Shown here one piece after another: positions 1-13,509 of a stretch of DNA of 62,269 bases; position 1 is the stretch's first letter; the number at the start of each line of letters is the position of its first letter. Where the stretch lies: assembly GCF_001447785.1 (NCBI RefSeq), contig NW_015174285.1, forward strand, positions 300,123 through 362,391, in the 5' to 3' direction. Source of the DNA: Gekko japonicus. Its lineage: Eukaryota. A program made the position numbers and the translations under genes. The notes beneath the pieces are model-generated. The model saw nothing but the letters and a program-made list of their open reading frames with translations, did not search any database and had not been told where the DNA came from.

Positions 1-150
1 TAACACATGGAATTCACTGCCACAGGAGGTGGCAGCGGCTACAAGCATGGACAGCTTCAAGAGGGAATTAGATAAGCATATGGAGCAGAGGTCCATCAGT
101 GGCTATTAGCCACAAGGTATAGGTACGAACCCTCAGTCCAGGACAAGTGA
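1..150 (+). mobile_element. CR1 LINE 3' fragment (end of ORF2 and 3' UTR), cut by the window edge
   Basis: Encodes the typical CR1 C-terminus (NTWNSLPQEVAAATSMDSFKRELDKHM). Near-identical to the reverse complement of the CR1 at about 44420-44790. Confidence 0.85.
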
Positions 151-739
151 ACATAAAACCTGAATATCGGTTCTGTTTCTGCAGATTAACAGTCCCTCTT
201 TTTAAGAAGTAACAGAACAACATTCAGTTGCCTACTACCTCTCAAGTAAATGTTTCACTCAATGTACAGGTACTCCAAGAGCTACATATGACTGCAGCTG
301 ATCTATACTTCTAATGCAGCTCTAAAACTGGTCATTACCAAACCTCTCAGTCATACAGATGATTCACAGTTTTGGATTAGATCCTAATAAAAATAAAGCA
401 TCTAACATTGAGCATTAGACCCTATTGCTGACTTGAATGTCAAGAGAAACAATCAGATAAAGCAGGGGATTTTATTATTAAATTACTTCTTACTGCTAGT
501 ATAAAGGGGCAATAAAGGAAATAAATAATTATTTTTCATAGATTGCTGAGCATTTATCAAATGGAACATACACAATTGGAATTAATGCCTATTAGCAAAC
601 AGCTCCAGCATATTCTTTATGTGAAGACCACTGTGAAAACACCAGGAGCGAAGAAGGCTGGTATGGTAGTCTTACAAGCTTGGACAAAATATGCCCCATT
701 TAACCCATTCTCCCACCTAACTCAACCAAGTAAGTCTGA

Positions 740-945
740 GGCAGTGTGGAATAGTGGTCAGAGTGACTGACGAGGATCTGGGAAAATCTCCACTCAGCCA
801 GGAAACTCACTGGGTGGCTTTGGGTCAGTTACACTCTCTCAGCCTAGCCTTGCTCACTGGATTATTGTGATGACAAAACAGAGGAGGAGGGAGGGATCAT
901 GTACACTGCCTAGAGCTCTTTAGAGGAAAGGCAGGGGACAAATAC
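740..945 (+). mobile_element. Old MIR/Squam3-like tRNA-derived SINE
   Basis: Degenerate A box (tggaatagtgg), CORE-like ctcagcctagcc..ggattattgtga segment, L2-like tail. Confidence 0.65.
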
Positions 946-1790
946 AGTACAGAGACCAAAAGGAGCTTTTCCACTGCTAGTGAAAGCAGCCAGCTAATAA
1001 AGGAATGGTGGTGAAAGGAGTTCCTGTAATGTCCAAACCAAACTGCTTAATTGTACCATGAGTCCTTTCCACAGCATTTGACAGCAACTCCTTGAGCATT
1101 TTTTCCTTACTGCAGGGAAGTTGTACATCAACAAATCCATACTCATAAGCATGAAGTGTGTGAGTGTGTGGAGACAGCAGGTGCTCCTAAAAATGTGGTG
1201 TAAATATTGACGAAAACATGTCAAAGAGGCTTTTAAATCTTAATAGAATTTATCATAGCACCTCAGCTGGAAGGACTCTTAGCACTTTGTGACAGAGATA
1301 TTTATTCTCTGGACTACAGATGGAGGGGAAAATACATTGGGTTCAACCCCCCCCCCCCCCGCAATCCTGTCTGCTAGCAGCAACACTTTCCTCTACTTCA
1401 AGCAGGCATCACCCGATGAAAGAATCTTTTGAATCAGAGGAAGGCTCTTTGAAAGTGTCACTGCTAGCAGAGTTGATGTGCAGGATCCAACCTGTTGTGG
1501 CTGCACACCTTTTGAATTCTGGCATCCCTTGCAAGAGAATCTTTTCTCTTTAACAGCTACTGGCTCTAAAGATGTGCAGGCAGCACATCCCTCATTACCA
1601 ATGGTTCTATGCATCAGTACCTTTATTGTTCCACACTATATTCCCACAACCAATTACTCCAGTAGCAGCTCAGGCCATGGGCCATTTTGGAGGCTTTGAT
1701 AAGTGGCTGCTCCACAGATGGAGTTTGATCCAGATGTGGAGACAGAGCCTGTATGAGTTAACTGATTCATGTTGCCTGCCTCACAGCACA

Positions 1791-2070
1791 GAAGAGGAAG
1801 AGGAAGAGGAGGAGATTGGATTTATACCCCACCCTTCACTACCCAAAGGAATCTCAGAACAATTTACAATCTCCTTTCCCTCCCCCTCCCCACAACAGAC
1901 ACCCTGTGAGGTAGGTGGGTCTAAGAGAGCTCTCTCGAGAACTGCTCATGAGAGAATGGCTCTGAAAGAACTTGTAACTGACCCAAGTTCATACCAGCAG
2001 CTGCATGTGGAGGAGTGGGGAATCAAACCCAGTTCTCTCAGATTAGAATCCACACTCCTAACCACTACCA
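1791..2070 (-). mobile_element. Squam3-type SINE
   Basis: Reverse complement reads tggtagtggtta..gggtttgattccccac (A/B boxes), then the CORE-like region, an L2-like tail and (CTT/CCT)n. Same family recurs about 7 times in the window. Confidence 0.85.
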
Positions 2071-2240
2071 CGAACGGAGGCACTATACTGAGAACATAGG
2101 CCTTTGTGGCCTTTTTGGCTCCCAGCATTCAACAGTTTTCACCTTGCTCCAACTGGAGACTTGCAAATCCAGTTCTCACTGACACTTTGTCACTTGAACA
2201 GGTATATTTGATTATTGCCATAACTGAAACTGTGGAAAAG

Positions 2241-2500
2241 AAAGGAGGAGGAGGAGAAAGAGATTGGATTTATACCCCACCCTTCACTCGGAGTCTCAGA
2301 GCGGCTTCCAAACTCCTTTCCCTTCCCACAACAGACACCCTGTGAGGTAAGTGGGGCTGAGAGAGCTCTTTCAAGAAGTGATCTTTCAAGCTCTGACAGA
2401 ACTATGGCTTGCCCAAGGTCATCCAGCAGCTGGAAGTGGAAGAGTGGGGAATCAGACCCAGTTCTCCCAGATTAGAGTTCGCGCACTTAACCACTACACC
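2241..2500 (-). mobile_element. Squam3-type SINE
   Basis: Same consensus as 53735-54000. Confidence 0.85.
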
Positions 2501-2654
2501 AAAGAGAAAGAGAGAGAGAGAGATCCCAAGGTATATTGACTCAGCAGGTTTATATAAATTGCATGCCAAATAGGAAATGTTCACTTTAGGTGCTACTGAG
2601 ATCCTCAACTGGACTGAACATACAGAGAGCAGGGGTTAAATCTGGTAAACTGAA

Positions 2655-2795
2655 TTTCCAACAGGTCTGTAGAAAATGTTCTGTACCTTTAATAGAGGTT
2701 TAATGTGTGGAAATGGACAACTGAAGCTTTTCATGGTGTAGTGGTAAATAACATCCTATTAAGCCTCTATTAAAGGGACAAGGCATTTTTTCCCC
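2655..2795. mobile_element. Small MITE (AGGGTTGCCA-type, hAT-like), degenerate
   Basis: Internal inverted repeat ctttaatagagg/cctctattaaag. Homologous to 57607-57761. Confidence 0.55.
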
Positions 2796-3970
2796 TTTTA
2801 AGTGAGCATTTTCTTAATTGTCTTCTAAAACAGACCACACCTTGAGCCACAGACAGAGATCTAATCTCATGAGGAGTGAGTCCATTTTGCCAAACAACTG
2901 ATGTGGTGCAATACCCTTAGCTTCATAAGATATACCTACATAACTTTGAATTAGTAGTAACACAAAGTACAAGTGACTTTCATGATAAGAGAGAGCAATA
3001 ATATATAAGGTTTTAGCCTGACACCAAATACTATTTATGATATTTGGCTGGAAAATCAGGCAGTGACAGGAGTGCTCAAGATAGGTGGTGGTCCCTTACA
3101 AAGGGAATGACAATCCAGACCACCGCAGTTGTCTCATTTCAACTCACTTCTGCCCTTTGCCGATTTAGTACTCATCTTCATGCTTTTTCTGGTAAGGGTA
3201 AACTTACTCCACTGAAACTGAAGTTCAGGGATTGAGGTCAGGACATTTAATAAATCAGGAATTTGGACATTTATATTCACCAGTTGTAGTTTCTGAGTAG
3301 CAAAGTACATTCCAGTAGTCAGTTTCAGAGGTTATAAAACATGGATCAGTATAGCAAAGTCCCTTCCCACTCCAGAAAGAGTCAGAGGTGATCAGAACAA
3401 ATAACAAAGTAAGGTTCAAGAGTTTTCCCAGCCTCCTAATCTGTGGACCATGTGAAAGTTGGTACCCTGTCTACTGCAGTTTGTTAAGTATCCTTTAGAG
3501 CACTGGGATTTCCCAACCAGCATCATCTCTGTCTTCAGCTTATCTGGAATTCATATACAGCTTTACAATGAATTCCTATTTGTCATGATGCGTGCATTTT
3601 CAAATGTCATCCTAAAGCCTAGCTTTGGCTCTTTGTAATCTTTGCTACTGACATTATAAATAGAGTCCAGATCAGCAACACTGAAAGCAAAGAATAAAGC
3701 TTGCCCCAAACAATGAATCAATTAAATAAACTTAATTCCATAGGCAAATAGCTTGTCTTAGGATGGATTGCATGGTAGATACCTATGAGTAAACATATGC
3801 AAACAGACAGCAGAGTTTAAAGCAAATGAGAGGGAAGCTCAAGGAATCTATCTATGGGTTTGCATTCTGCTGATAACATGAAACCAAATTATGTCTTTGG
3901 GGAATTTTTTTTCTGTATTTTTAACCTAACACAGAGTTTGTGGGTCTTCAAAGTTGGATTACAAGTTTGT

Positions 3971-4057
3971 CAGTGAAATCCTAAATAAAGTTACACCCTA
4001 AGTCCACTGAAGACAATGGCCTTAGAAGGGTGTTACTCTGTTTAGGATTGCACTGTA
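3971..4057. mobile_element. Short palindromic MITE
   Basis: cagtgaaatcctaaa...tttaggattgcactg inverted ends. A shorter copy lies at about 36426-36481. Confidence 0.6.
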
Positions 4058-4233
4058 AGTATTTCCAACATCAAATAATGGAGAGAAGATTTATAGTGCT
4101 ATCCTACACATGTTTTTTCAGAACCCAGTGATGCTTACTCCCAGAAAAGTGCATACAGAATTTCCTTTCAGCTATAGGATCTGGATGTAAGAGCAAAGTA
4201 GTGGCTGCCACACCTTGTGGACCACCTTGTGGA

Positions 4234-4435
4234 CAGTGCTTCCTCTAAGCTGAGTTAGTGTGAGCTCATGGTTTTTTAGCCTCCGACTCACACATTTTTG
4301 TCTTAGCTCAGGAAGGATGGTTCCAGAGCAAACTAATTTATGCAGTAGCCAAATCGCTCACTCACAACTTTAATGCCAGTAGCTCACAAAGTAGAAATTT
4401 TGCTCACAAGACTCCACAGCTTAGAGGGAGCATTG
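4234..4435 (+). mobile_element. Non-autonomous hAT MITE (CAGTGTTCCCTCTAAGCTG TIR family)
   Basis: TIRs cagtgcttcctctaagctg / cagcttagagggagcattg. Perfect 8-bp TSD CTTGTGGA (4226-4233, 4436-4443). Confidence 0.92.
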
Positions 4436-4959
4436 CTTGTGGACCCACAAATTCAGTTCTGTCTCATGTACATTTAAGAAAAATGTAAAGCATGAATGTA
4501 TGAATCCAAGCGTGGATCTAGGATTATAGTTTTGGCCTCTCTTATGGAGTAGTTTGCTTGCCTGTATAACCATCACAACCTTCTTCTTAGTCAACAGATC
4601 TTCACTCATGACATTTTACTTACAATAAAAGAAAGCTTATATGTTCACATAGTGTGTACATCTTAGTTTTCACAGGCGAGGTTCACCAAGATGGAATATG
4701 CATTTCCCCCCACATACAGAGGTGATTTATCTATGGAGAAACCCTCAGATCTCTCAGTTACCAAAGCTTCCCTCTCAAAAATTAACTACATTTTTTTCTA
4801 GAATTTTTAGTTTTCCTGTGAGGTAAGATTTTATCTTATAACACCTGTAAGGTCAGACTGGACCATTGCTTCTTGTGCAACTGAACATATTATTTATTTC
4901 GATATTTATACCCACTTTTCTCCCTAATGGGGACTCTTCCATTCTTTCCATTCTATCCT

Positions 4960-5432
4960 CACAGCCCTTCATGGATTAGGATCCTTTATGAACTGAACTG
5001 CATCTCCCAGCATACTCTCCTGTGCCATGCACTCTTCAGACAGTCTCCTCATTAGGGGCCCCCCTGCCGTATTGTCTGCACAGCCACAGTGAGATCAAGG
5101 GCCTTTTCTGTGGTGGGCCCAGTCCTTTGGAATGGCCTGCTAGAGCAGGTGAGAAGAGCATGTTCCTTTGCTACATTAGGAAGGTATGTAAGGCAGTCCT
5201 TTTCCAGAAAGCATTTGGTGGAGGAGGGCGAACTTTTCCAGTAGTCCTGGTGGTGAGTTTGCTGAAACTGTGTTTTAACTGTTGGGTGGGTTGGGTCTGA
5301 GTGCTTTTGAATTAGTGAATTGCATATTTTAATCTGTTTTGATTTTGTTAATTTGTGCCTTTGCAACTCAGTTGCTACTTTGTGCACCACTTTGAGTCCC
5401 AGAAGATATAAGGATATAAATGTTTTAAATAA
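4960..5432 (+). mobile_element. Old L2 LINE 3' fragment
   Basis: Resembles the 3' region of the L2 at 47700-48270 (RAFSV..P..WN.LP motif). Ends in ggatataaat..taaataaataa. Confidence 0.6.
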
Positions 5433-5584
5433 ATAAGCCCTTTAAAGTAGGTTAGGCTGAGAGGGAGTGACGGGAGCAAGATCACCCAATGAGCTTCCAT
5501 GGCTTTCTGTTTGAAGGTCATTGCAAATGTGGCTCTCTGCAAATCAGGGAGTGAGTCACACTGCTCACACATGGCCACCTTAAA

Positions 5585-6402
5585 CTGTATCAGACCCTTG
5601 GTTCATTACAGTCAGTATCATCTACTCAGACTGGCAGTGGTTCTCCAAGGTTTCAGGTAAAGGTCTTTCACACCACCTACTGCCTGGCCCTTTTAACTGG
5701 AGATGTCAGAAACTGAACCCAGGACCTTCTGCATTCCAAGCAGATGCTATACCTCTGAGACATACCACCTCCAGTGTTCCCTCTAAGCTGAGTTATTGTG
5801 AGCCAGCTCACAGTTCTTTATCCTCCGGCTCACACATTTTTGTCTTCACTCAGGAAGGATGGCTCCAGAGCAAACTGATTTATGCTGTAGCCAAATTGCT
5901 CACTCACAACTTTAATGCCAGGAGTTCACAAAGTCGAATTTTTGCTCACAAGACTGCACAGCTTAGAGGGAACATTGACCACCTCCCTGCAAAAACTGGG
6001 AATATTCTCAAATACATGAAACTGAACACATGAAGCTGCCCTGATATTGGTCTATAATGGTCAGCACTGTCTACTCAGACTGACAGGGTCTCAAGCAGAG
6101 GTCTTTTACATCACCTCTTAAATGATCCTTTTATCTGTAGATGCTGGGGATTGAACCTAGGGCCTCCTGCATACTCAGCAGATGCTCTGGCACTGAGATA
6201 CAGCCCCTCCCTTATGAAACTTCCTTATACTGGACCAGACCATGGATCCATCAAGGTCAGTGTTGCCCACTCAGACTGGCAGAAGCTCTCCACGTTCATC
6301 TCCATCACCTGCTACCAGATTCTTTAACTGGAGATGCTGGGGATTGAACAGGGAACCTCCCGCGTGCCAAGCAGATGCTGTACTGCTGAGTCACTGCCCC
6401 TT
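5585..6402 (-). mobile_element. Three tandem copies of a tRNA-derived SINE (about 5585-5770, 6025-6212, 6220-6402)
   Basis: Each copy has the reverse-complement tRNA head (gggattgaacc..gcagatgct..ctgag..cagccc) and a shared body (ctactcagactggcag...ctttcacatcacct). Confidence 0.7.
5772..5977 (+). mobile_element. Non-autonomous hAT MITE (same family as 4234-4435)
   Basis: TIRs cagtgttccctctaagctg / cagcttagagggaacattg. Perfect 8-bp TSD ACCACCTC. Confidence 0.92.
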
Positions 6403-7075
6403 CCTCTACTTGATCAGAATATGGGACTGTATGTTTAATAGCTGTACATTAGTTAATGAACAAGTGTGGCTGGTCCTGCTACCTAATGTTCACTAACTCT
6501 CTCTGACAATGCAGGCAGTGGGGGGAAGAGAATAGATATTGGTCCTCCTAGACACCCATCAATATTCCTGCCTTAGTTGCTACTGATAGCTAATGCGGGC
6601 CAAGTAGAAAAGTCATATTTGTTTTAAATAGTTGGAAACAGAAACTGTCAAAGTCCAGCAGGTTGCCTACAGAATAACTGAGGCCCTGTTTGCTTTGCCA
6701 GCGAAACATCTGCTGGGGAGGAGAAGGCAATACAATGTGTGTGTTTTTTTTATTGGTGTTGCCAGGCTGGGCAGGAAAGATACTTTGGTATTATTGGAAC
6801 CAAATAAAGCTAAGAAACTGGGCACTAGAGATAGACAGCTGAGACTATCAGCTTGCCTGTTTCTCTTACCTGTTTCTATGTTTCTGCAAAGGCATATTAA
6901 TAGGGATAGACTGAGTATTTGGATTTAAGGGTTGAGTATTTGGCATCAGCATTATAGGGTGGGTGCCCCTAACCCACCATCATACCTAATTTTTTAACCT
7001 GAGTTCATGGGAAACATTGTTTTGGTAGTCAGATAGATATAATAACATGAAAGTTTTGAAGACAATACTCCTGGA

Positions 7076-8730
7076 TCGGGATGGACACAAACTGGGAATA
7101 TGTTGTTCAGTTCATGGTTCATGGCATGGCTGGTTCACAAACTATGAAGTGTCACAAACTTTTAAGAGTCAAATGAACTTGTGAGGTTCATGAGGTTCAT
7201 GGCATTGTAGAATGCTGCACCCAGCAAGCTAGAGACACTGAACTTGTAGGGGATCCCCAGCTGATTCTCCTCTACCCGCCTTTCACATTTGGTGAGGATT
7301 GGATTGATGGGTTCTGAGTTATGACCCCTCAAAGGAGGTGCCCCCAGGTAGAGCTTTCTGGGGACATGACAGGTGCAGGTTCAGGAAGTTCAGGCATGTA
7401 TAGAATGGATCATGTGCAAGCTAGAGACACCAAACATGCTGGGGATCTCCAGCTGACTCTCCTCTACCTGCCCTCCAAGCTTGAATTGGATATATGGGGT
7501 TCAAGTTATGGCCCCCCAAAGTAGGTTCCCCTCCTCCTCCATTGTTTCCAATGGGGGGGGGGACAGAAAAGCAAGGGCAATAGAAGCCCAGCAGAACAGA
7601 ATCAAAGTCCCAGAGAATCTCTGCAGTAGAACTTGAAGGTGCCCAGCAGAACCAGTGCCACTGTGGCAGTGCAAACCCAACAGAACTAAGGTCAAACCAG
7701 AGAATCTCTGCAGTAGAAATTGAAGCCGGGGGGGGGGGGCATTCTTGCAAGCCAGTGCACGGACTCTAATCTGGGAGAACCGGGTTTGATTCCCCACTTC
7801 TCCACTTGCAGCTGCTGGATGACCTTGGGCAAGCCATAGTTCTGGCACAGCTGTTCTTGAAAAAGAGCAGTTTCTGCCAGAGCTCTCTCAGCCCCACCTA
7901 CCTCACAGGGTGTCTGTTGTAGGGAGGGGAAGGGAAATGAGTTTGTAAGCTGCTCTGTGATGCTGAGTGGTGGGCAGGGCATAAATCCAATCTCCTCCTC
8001 CCCGTCCTCCCCATCCTCCCGCCTCCCCCTCCTCCTCCTCCTCCTCCTCCTCCTCCTCTTCTTCTTCTTGTTGTTGTTCTTCTTCTTCCCAGCAAAACTC
8101 AATGCCATTGTGGCAATGCCAGCTCAACAGGACCAATGTCTAACAGAGAATCACAATCCAAGCAAGGGGGGTGTTGCAAGCCCTGCAGAACCCAGTGCCA
8201 ATGTGGCAATGCCAGCTCAATCATGATCCAAGCAATGGGGGACATTTTTGCAAGCCCAGCAGAACCAGTACAATGTATAGAGTGCCCAGCAGTACTAGTG
8301 CAATCATAGAGTACCCAGCAGAACCCAGTACCACTGGCACGGCAAGGTTAAAAGGACTGATCTCAAAGTACAGAGTCACAAATCCAAGCAAGAGGGGTGA
8401 GATTTTGCAAGCTCTGTGCAAGAGAATGGGAAGTAAACCCCAGCAAAGGGGTGGGGACCCCTCTTGAAACTGACATGAATAGTTTGAAACTGACAACAGT
8501 ATTTCCATGGCTGGATAATTTCACCCCCCAACTCCCATTGCTTTGAAGTTTGGAAAGCATTTTTTTTTTTGTGGAGACAGTCTGTTTGGAAATGTATCCA
8601 TTCACCAAGGGGCATGAAGCTACATAAAGTTCATGCTGGTTGACCTGCCACAAACTTCAGTTTGTGAGCCCTGAACTGGCAAAAAATTCCTCACGAACTT
8701 TAGTTCATGAGCCAGTCGTGCCCATCTCTA
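7076..8730. mobile_element. 1.65-kb non-autonomous hAT element (TAGGGATGGGCAC-type TIR) with internal repeats and a nested SINE
   Basis: Ends tcgggatggacac / gtgcccatctcta. Perfect 8-bp TSD CTCCTGGA (7068-7075, 8731-8738). Subterminal gttcatg/catgaac repeats and an internal ~193-bp duplication. Confidence 0.85.
7750..8090 (+). mobile_element. Squam3-type SINE with expanded (CCT)n(CTT)n tail, nested in the hAT element
   Basis: ggactctaatctgggagaaccgggtttgattccccac... consensus followed by a simple-repeat tail. Confidence 0.85.
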
Positions 8731-11700
8731 CTCCTGGATGGCCTTTTCACCTCCAAAATAAATTTAAAGCTACTGCCCCTTTAGCACCAATGGTGTGGGA
8801 AGATTTAGGCATACAAATTTTTTATCTCGTAAAAAAACCCTGACCTATCAAATTGGTCAAGTTCAGTATCTTTTAGGCCAATGTATATGATATACACTTG
8901 TACAAAGCTGAACACTTCCATTTAAATCCCAAATGCAGTATTAGACAACAGCTTTTTTGTCTTTTTGAATTTTTACTTTTTAGAGTGACCAGTCCATCAT
9001 ATATACTATATTTAAGATCTAGTGTATCAATTAGATAACATAATGGGGGGTGTTTGTCTGATCTAGTTTCCTCAGAATATTGCAAAGACAGGGGAAACTG
9101 AAGCCTTTGAGAACTGTCCCTGGTTCTGATCCAAGCACTTTTTCAGGGCATTCACAAGCAAGTTGCATTTGTAGTGTGGAGGCTGGAATGATCCTTATCC
9201 ACTGTGGAAGAGATTTCCAGTTCTTCTTGAGAAAAACCCAGCAAGGAGAAAAGCTCTGAGGCTATGACAGAGTATGAGATTCACAGGCACATAAATTACA
9301 TAAATCCCCTCATTATAGAAGTCATATTTGGCCTGCTCCTGTCTCATACTGCAAGCATACTATTCCTCACTTTATACAACCTGAGAAGCTAAGGACCATT
9401 ATTAAGGTCCACTTTAAATTAGTAGATTTAATCTAGTCTCCTTGTCTTGCTTCAGATTTAGTTTCCTTTTGCTCATAATTCCCAAAATAAATTTTGAAAA
9501 ACAATTCAGCAGGTTTGGAGCATCAAACCAGTGGAGGGCATCCCAGAAATATGATATTTTCCCCCTGGCCCTCTTCTTTTAAAGGTAGGGGGCAGTGTTG
9601 TTCCCATTTTGCAGATGGGGAACAGAAAATAACAGAGCCAAATTTTCAGGAAGAAGAAAAATAATGTAAGGGCTTAGATTCCAAATACTTCTTACAGGCT
9701 CAAAGGAACCGTTGTTGTTTTTTTAACTAAACTTGATGTTTCTCCAGCCCTGCAATGCAGTAAGTGGGGAATCACCCTGTCATGCATCTGCCATCACTGG
9801 GCATTAATGTTACTCTTTCTGCGCAGACTCCCAGCACAATAGACTGATTTTTTAAATTATACAATTGCCACAGACAGGCTTCCAGTAACAACAGCTACCG
9901 GTACTCACCCTATTATTGCTTCCAGTGCAGATGTAGTAATCCAGCATACTGTTTGCACTGCAGTTTATCAGTGTTATAGATCATATATTATCCACCTTGC
10001 TCAAAATCAGAACGTCACTGCGACTCCCACAGACTATGTTACAGAATTATGCAAGAAGAAGATCCATCCCGACATTTTGATAAGAACTTCATCTTTGACT
10101 CTCAATAGCTCTGAACCATTGGGGGGGGGGAAGCACTTCAGATCATTCAATTACTTGTCTTTTGTGTTCCCCTCATTACAGAAGCATATCTCACATAAAT
10201 GCATTCTCAATATAAACTGTATCAATATATATAATAAACGCTACCTGAAAATAAGTGAACATCCTGCTATGTGAAGAATATATCCAGGGAGATATTCCAT
10301 TTAGAAGGTTATAGGAACATCCCTGGACTTGTTCTCATCCTTCTCTTTCCATCTTTCCTCTTTGGTCTTTTACTGGTCACCAACTCCCACTGCTCCCACT
10401 AAGGAAATGCCCTAAAATAGCCAGCTTCAACAAGATTACCTCGAAATATTAGGAGGAAACTGATGCATTTACCTGGATCTCGGCTGAAATGCATGGGGAA
10501 TGATGCCCCCTATGCTAAACTGGCTTTGATGTTTGTCACCCTTGGCATGCAGGTCCTCATGGCTCATGGTCAGCCTGCCCTCTTTCCACTGGCCCTCTGC
10601 TGATCCCCAGTATGATGGAAACAGTGCAGGGAGTGGTCTGAGCATTGGCCGAACACAGCCCTAGGCATGGGCCAGCTGAGCAGTAGAGCTTGGTGTTCCC
10701 TAGAAATGGTGGGAACCCCCACTATTTATAAATCTTCCCTCTCCTGGGAAGTTGCTTTCCCTGCTAAGAATCCTGCCCATGAGAAATGGTCCCGAAGGGA
10801 TTTGGCAGGTGAGGTGTCGTTTGTGTTTCACTAACCAAGCAGAACCATACACACACAAAACATTCAGACCGAGTACCTGCCAATTTGCCTTTCACTTGGG
10901 GTGAGGGAGTAAAACTCAGTCTGCTGGGGGGGGGGAATGAAAATACAGAATGGTCATATATAGATATTTTCTAGTCCCCACACTCCCAGTTATACATTGG
11001 TCATAAATAAGGTCTATGCTGCTTTGATTCAGGCCTCAGATGTGCTGATTCCCAGTTCTCTACTACTCCATGGACACTGGAAATCCTAGTCAGTGCACCT
11101 GACAGACTCTACATGGCTGAACTTCCATGCAGCAGGATACCACTTTCCCCCTGGACTACAGCTTTTCACAGTTCTACTTTGTACTAATTCTCTGAGTGCA
11201 GGAAGCACCAGAGTGAACAAGTGAGTTCACACATGCCTGCTTGTCACTTAAGGACATTAATAACAAGTGACATTTGAAATAGCAATAGCAGATCTAAGGC
11301 TTCTGTATCACATGGTGTCTCCTTAAAAACAATACTTCTCAATGGAGACGTATTGCTTTAAGCTGACTAAATAGTACATTTGTGCTAATAGGTGTTATTT
11401 TCAAGGATACCATTATGACACCAGAAAAGTAACAATAATGAGAGAATCACCCATATGGAAAACTTACTCAAAAGCCTGCTGGACACTTCAGTAAGCGTTT
11501 CTTCCCCCTGATTGCACAGGTGGAAAATTGTAATTACTCAGCCAGCTGGCACCCAGTGACAGTGCATGGACTGTTCACAGACCCAGGACGAAAAAGGGAA
11601 AAAAACAGCTGGGAAAGCTTAAAAGCCATTGCCCTCCTCAGTGCTTTTTTGTTTTGTTTTTTAAAAAAGGTGCCAGCACTCATATATAAGGTTGCCCTGA

Positions 11701-12371
11701 GCCCCCCCCCCCGCCCAAAGCTCCAATACTCAGAATGGGTAAGTACAGCCACACACAAAAAGCCCTGGCCTTCCTAGAACAGAATGTATGCACTACATCC
11801 CACAAAGAGATGGCACTGGATTTTCAAAAGAATGGAAGAGTCTGGGTTCTTAAGTGTACCAGTTAAAAACATTTACACTTACCCTTTAGGTGTGCAGAGA
11901 TGTGTTGGTTAGCAGCAGCATCAATCCAGTGAAGTGGTTAGGAAAATGTCCCTGCAAATCTTAAGTGCTTCCACTGGCCATAAAGTGCTCAGAGAAATGA
12001 GGATGTGAGCGCCCAATTGGCCGATGGAGAAAGACAGCTGGGACTGGGGTATATCCCTGCCTCTAAAACAAAGCACAGTATGCCAAGGGCCGAGTGATCA
12101 AAGACACATTAAACCTTTGGGTGGGGGTGCCACAAAAAGTTGTCCCACGGACTGTGGGATGCATAGAGGCCACCACAGTGTTCAGAGCAGCTAGGTTCAG
12201 AATGATGAATATGTGAAGAAATGCATTCAGTGAACAGAATTCTAGCACTAGTTATGTACGGGGTAGTCTTGCAGCTAACACTAGGAATGCACTGTGTTCA
12301 GTTACAGACTTCTTTGCCCATTATATCTAATTCCTTCCTTATTTACCTGAACAAACACGCTGTGTGCTTAC

Positions 12372-12458
12372 CTCAGTTGGAGGTGTTTGAATAACCCAGC
12401 CTGCAGTTAACCCTTTCAGTGATAATATGAAATACAAGCCAAACAAACAAACCCTCAT
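12372..12458 (-). CDS. Candidate first coding exon with a signal-peptide-like product (MRVCLFGLYFILSLKGLTAGWVIQTPPTE)
   Basis: ATG, 29 open codons, then a strong donor GAG|GTAAGC in repeat-poor DNA. The hydrophobic N-terminus ends in LTA-G. The protein is not recognised and could be chance. Confidence 0.27.
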
Positions 12459-13509
12459 GCCCCAGCAGTTTGCCCTTTCTCCATACCACAGTGTACCTTT
12501 TGATCACTCCAGCTGCGCCAACAGTTCTGGTGTCCAGCATTGTCACAGAGAAAGAAGCTGTGAAGGTGTCCAGCTCTGGAACCTCCACCATGTATGCACA
12601 CACACAAACACTACAAAGCAGGACCCTGCACTACCACTAAGGCAGTATTACTGGAACTGTGGGGCAAATCCAACCACTCTCTTACCTGAGGGCCTCCAAT
12701 TTGGTTGTAGTGGCTTCTAGAACCCCAGCTGCAGCTCCCATAGCACTGCACATGCTTATGTGAATGCATAAAGAAACATGGTGGTTAGGATGAGGACTAG
12801 CAAGGAAAGGTTCAGGGACAAGGGCAGTAGGAGGAAGAGTTCTTGAGGCAGAGGTCTGGAGGGCCAGTAAGAGAAGAATTGTGTGTCATTTCTTGGGGAA
12901 CAGGGCAGTCTGTGTCGTGCTGATGCAAACTGCTCAATACCACATGGGAAATTCATGTTTCATTATTCTTGTGCACCTCGCTATTCCATTCCACTGGCTT
13001 TGTTATACATCGTACTTTAATAGGAACAAATCTAGATGGGCGAATGCATAGACATCACAGCAGAAGGTCAGAAGTGCTCAGACTAAAGCTTTCTATTAAC
13101 TATCTAAACGTTGATAACACCTCTCATGGAAAGGGAAACCACTGCAATGAGTCAAAAATGCACTTTCTCATCACGTGTGTCTTGGGATATTTCACATAAT
13201 ATTCTCTGTAAAACTGGAATTAAGCATATGTGATATTTATGTGTCCTTCGTGTATCTGTACTATGTTGTTCAGGAGGTTTATTTCTTGTGTAAAGACAAT
13301 GAAAATGTCGTCAAAGGAGAAGTGCCAGTGGGTAGGAGTTCAGAAAACACTGTTCTAGAAGCATCATCCCTGACAACACCACAGCAGATCTTGCCACTGA
13401 ACTCTCCATGTTTGTTTTCACCCACAACTACTTCAGGTTTGGTGAGAACCTATACCTTCAAATCAATGGCATAAGATGGGAAATAACAAGTTAACAGAAG
13501 CTCCCAGGT

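Noticed and set aside
5585-6402. tRNA-like sequences as tRNA genes
   Set aside because: Degenerate and attached to a shared SINE body; these are SINE heads.
7692-8226. Poly-R/E/G/L ORFs
   Set aside because: Translations of the (CCT)n/(CTT)n SINE tail.
8090-8460. Short repeated gcaagcccagcagaacc units resembling a CRISPR-like array
   Set aside because: Irregular, degenerate internal repeats of a hAT element in a vertebrate genome; no constant repeat/spacer period and no cas genes.
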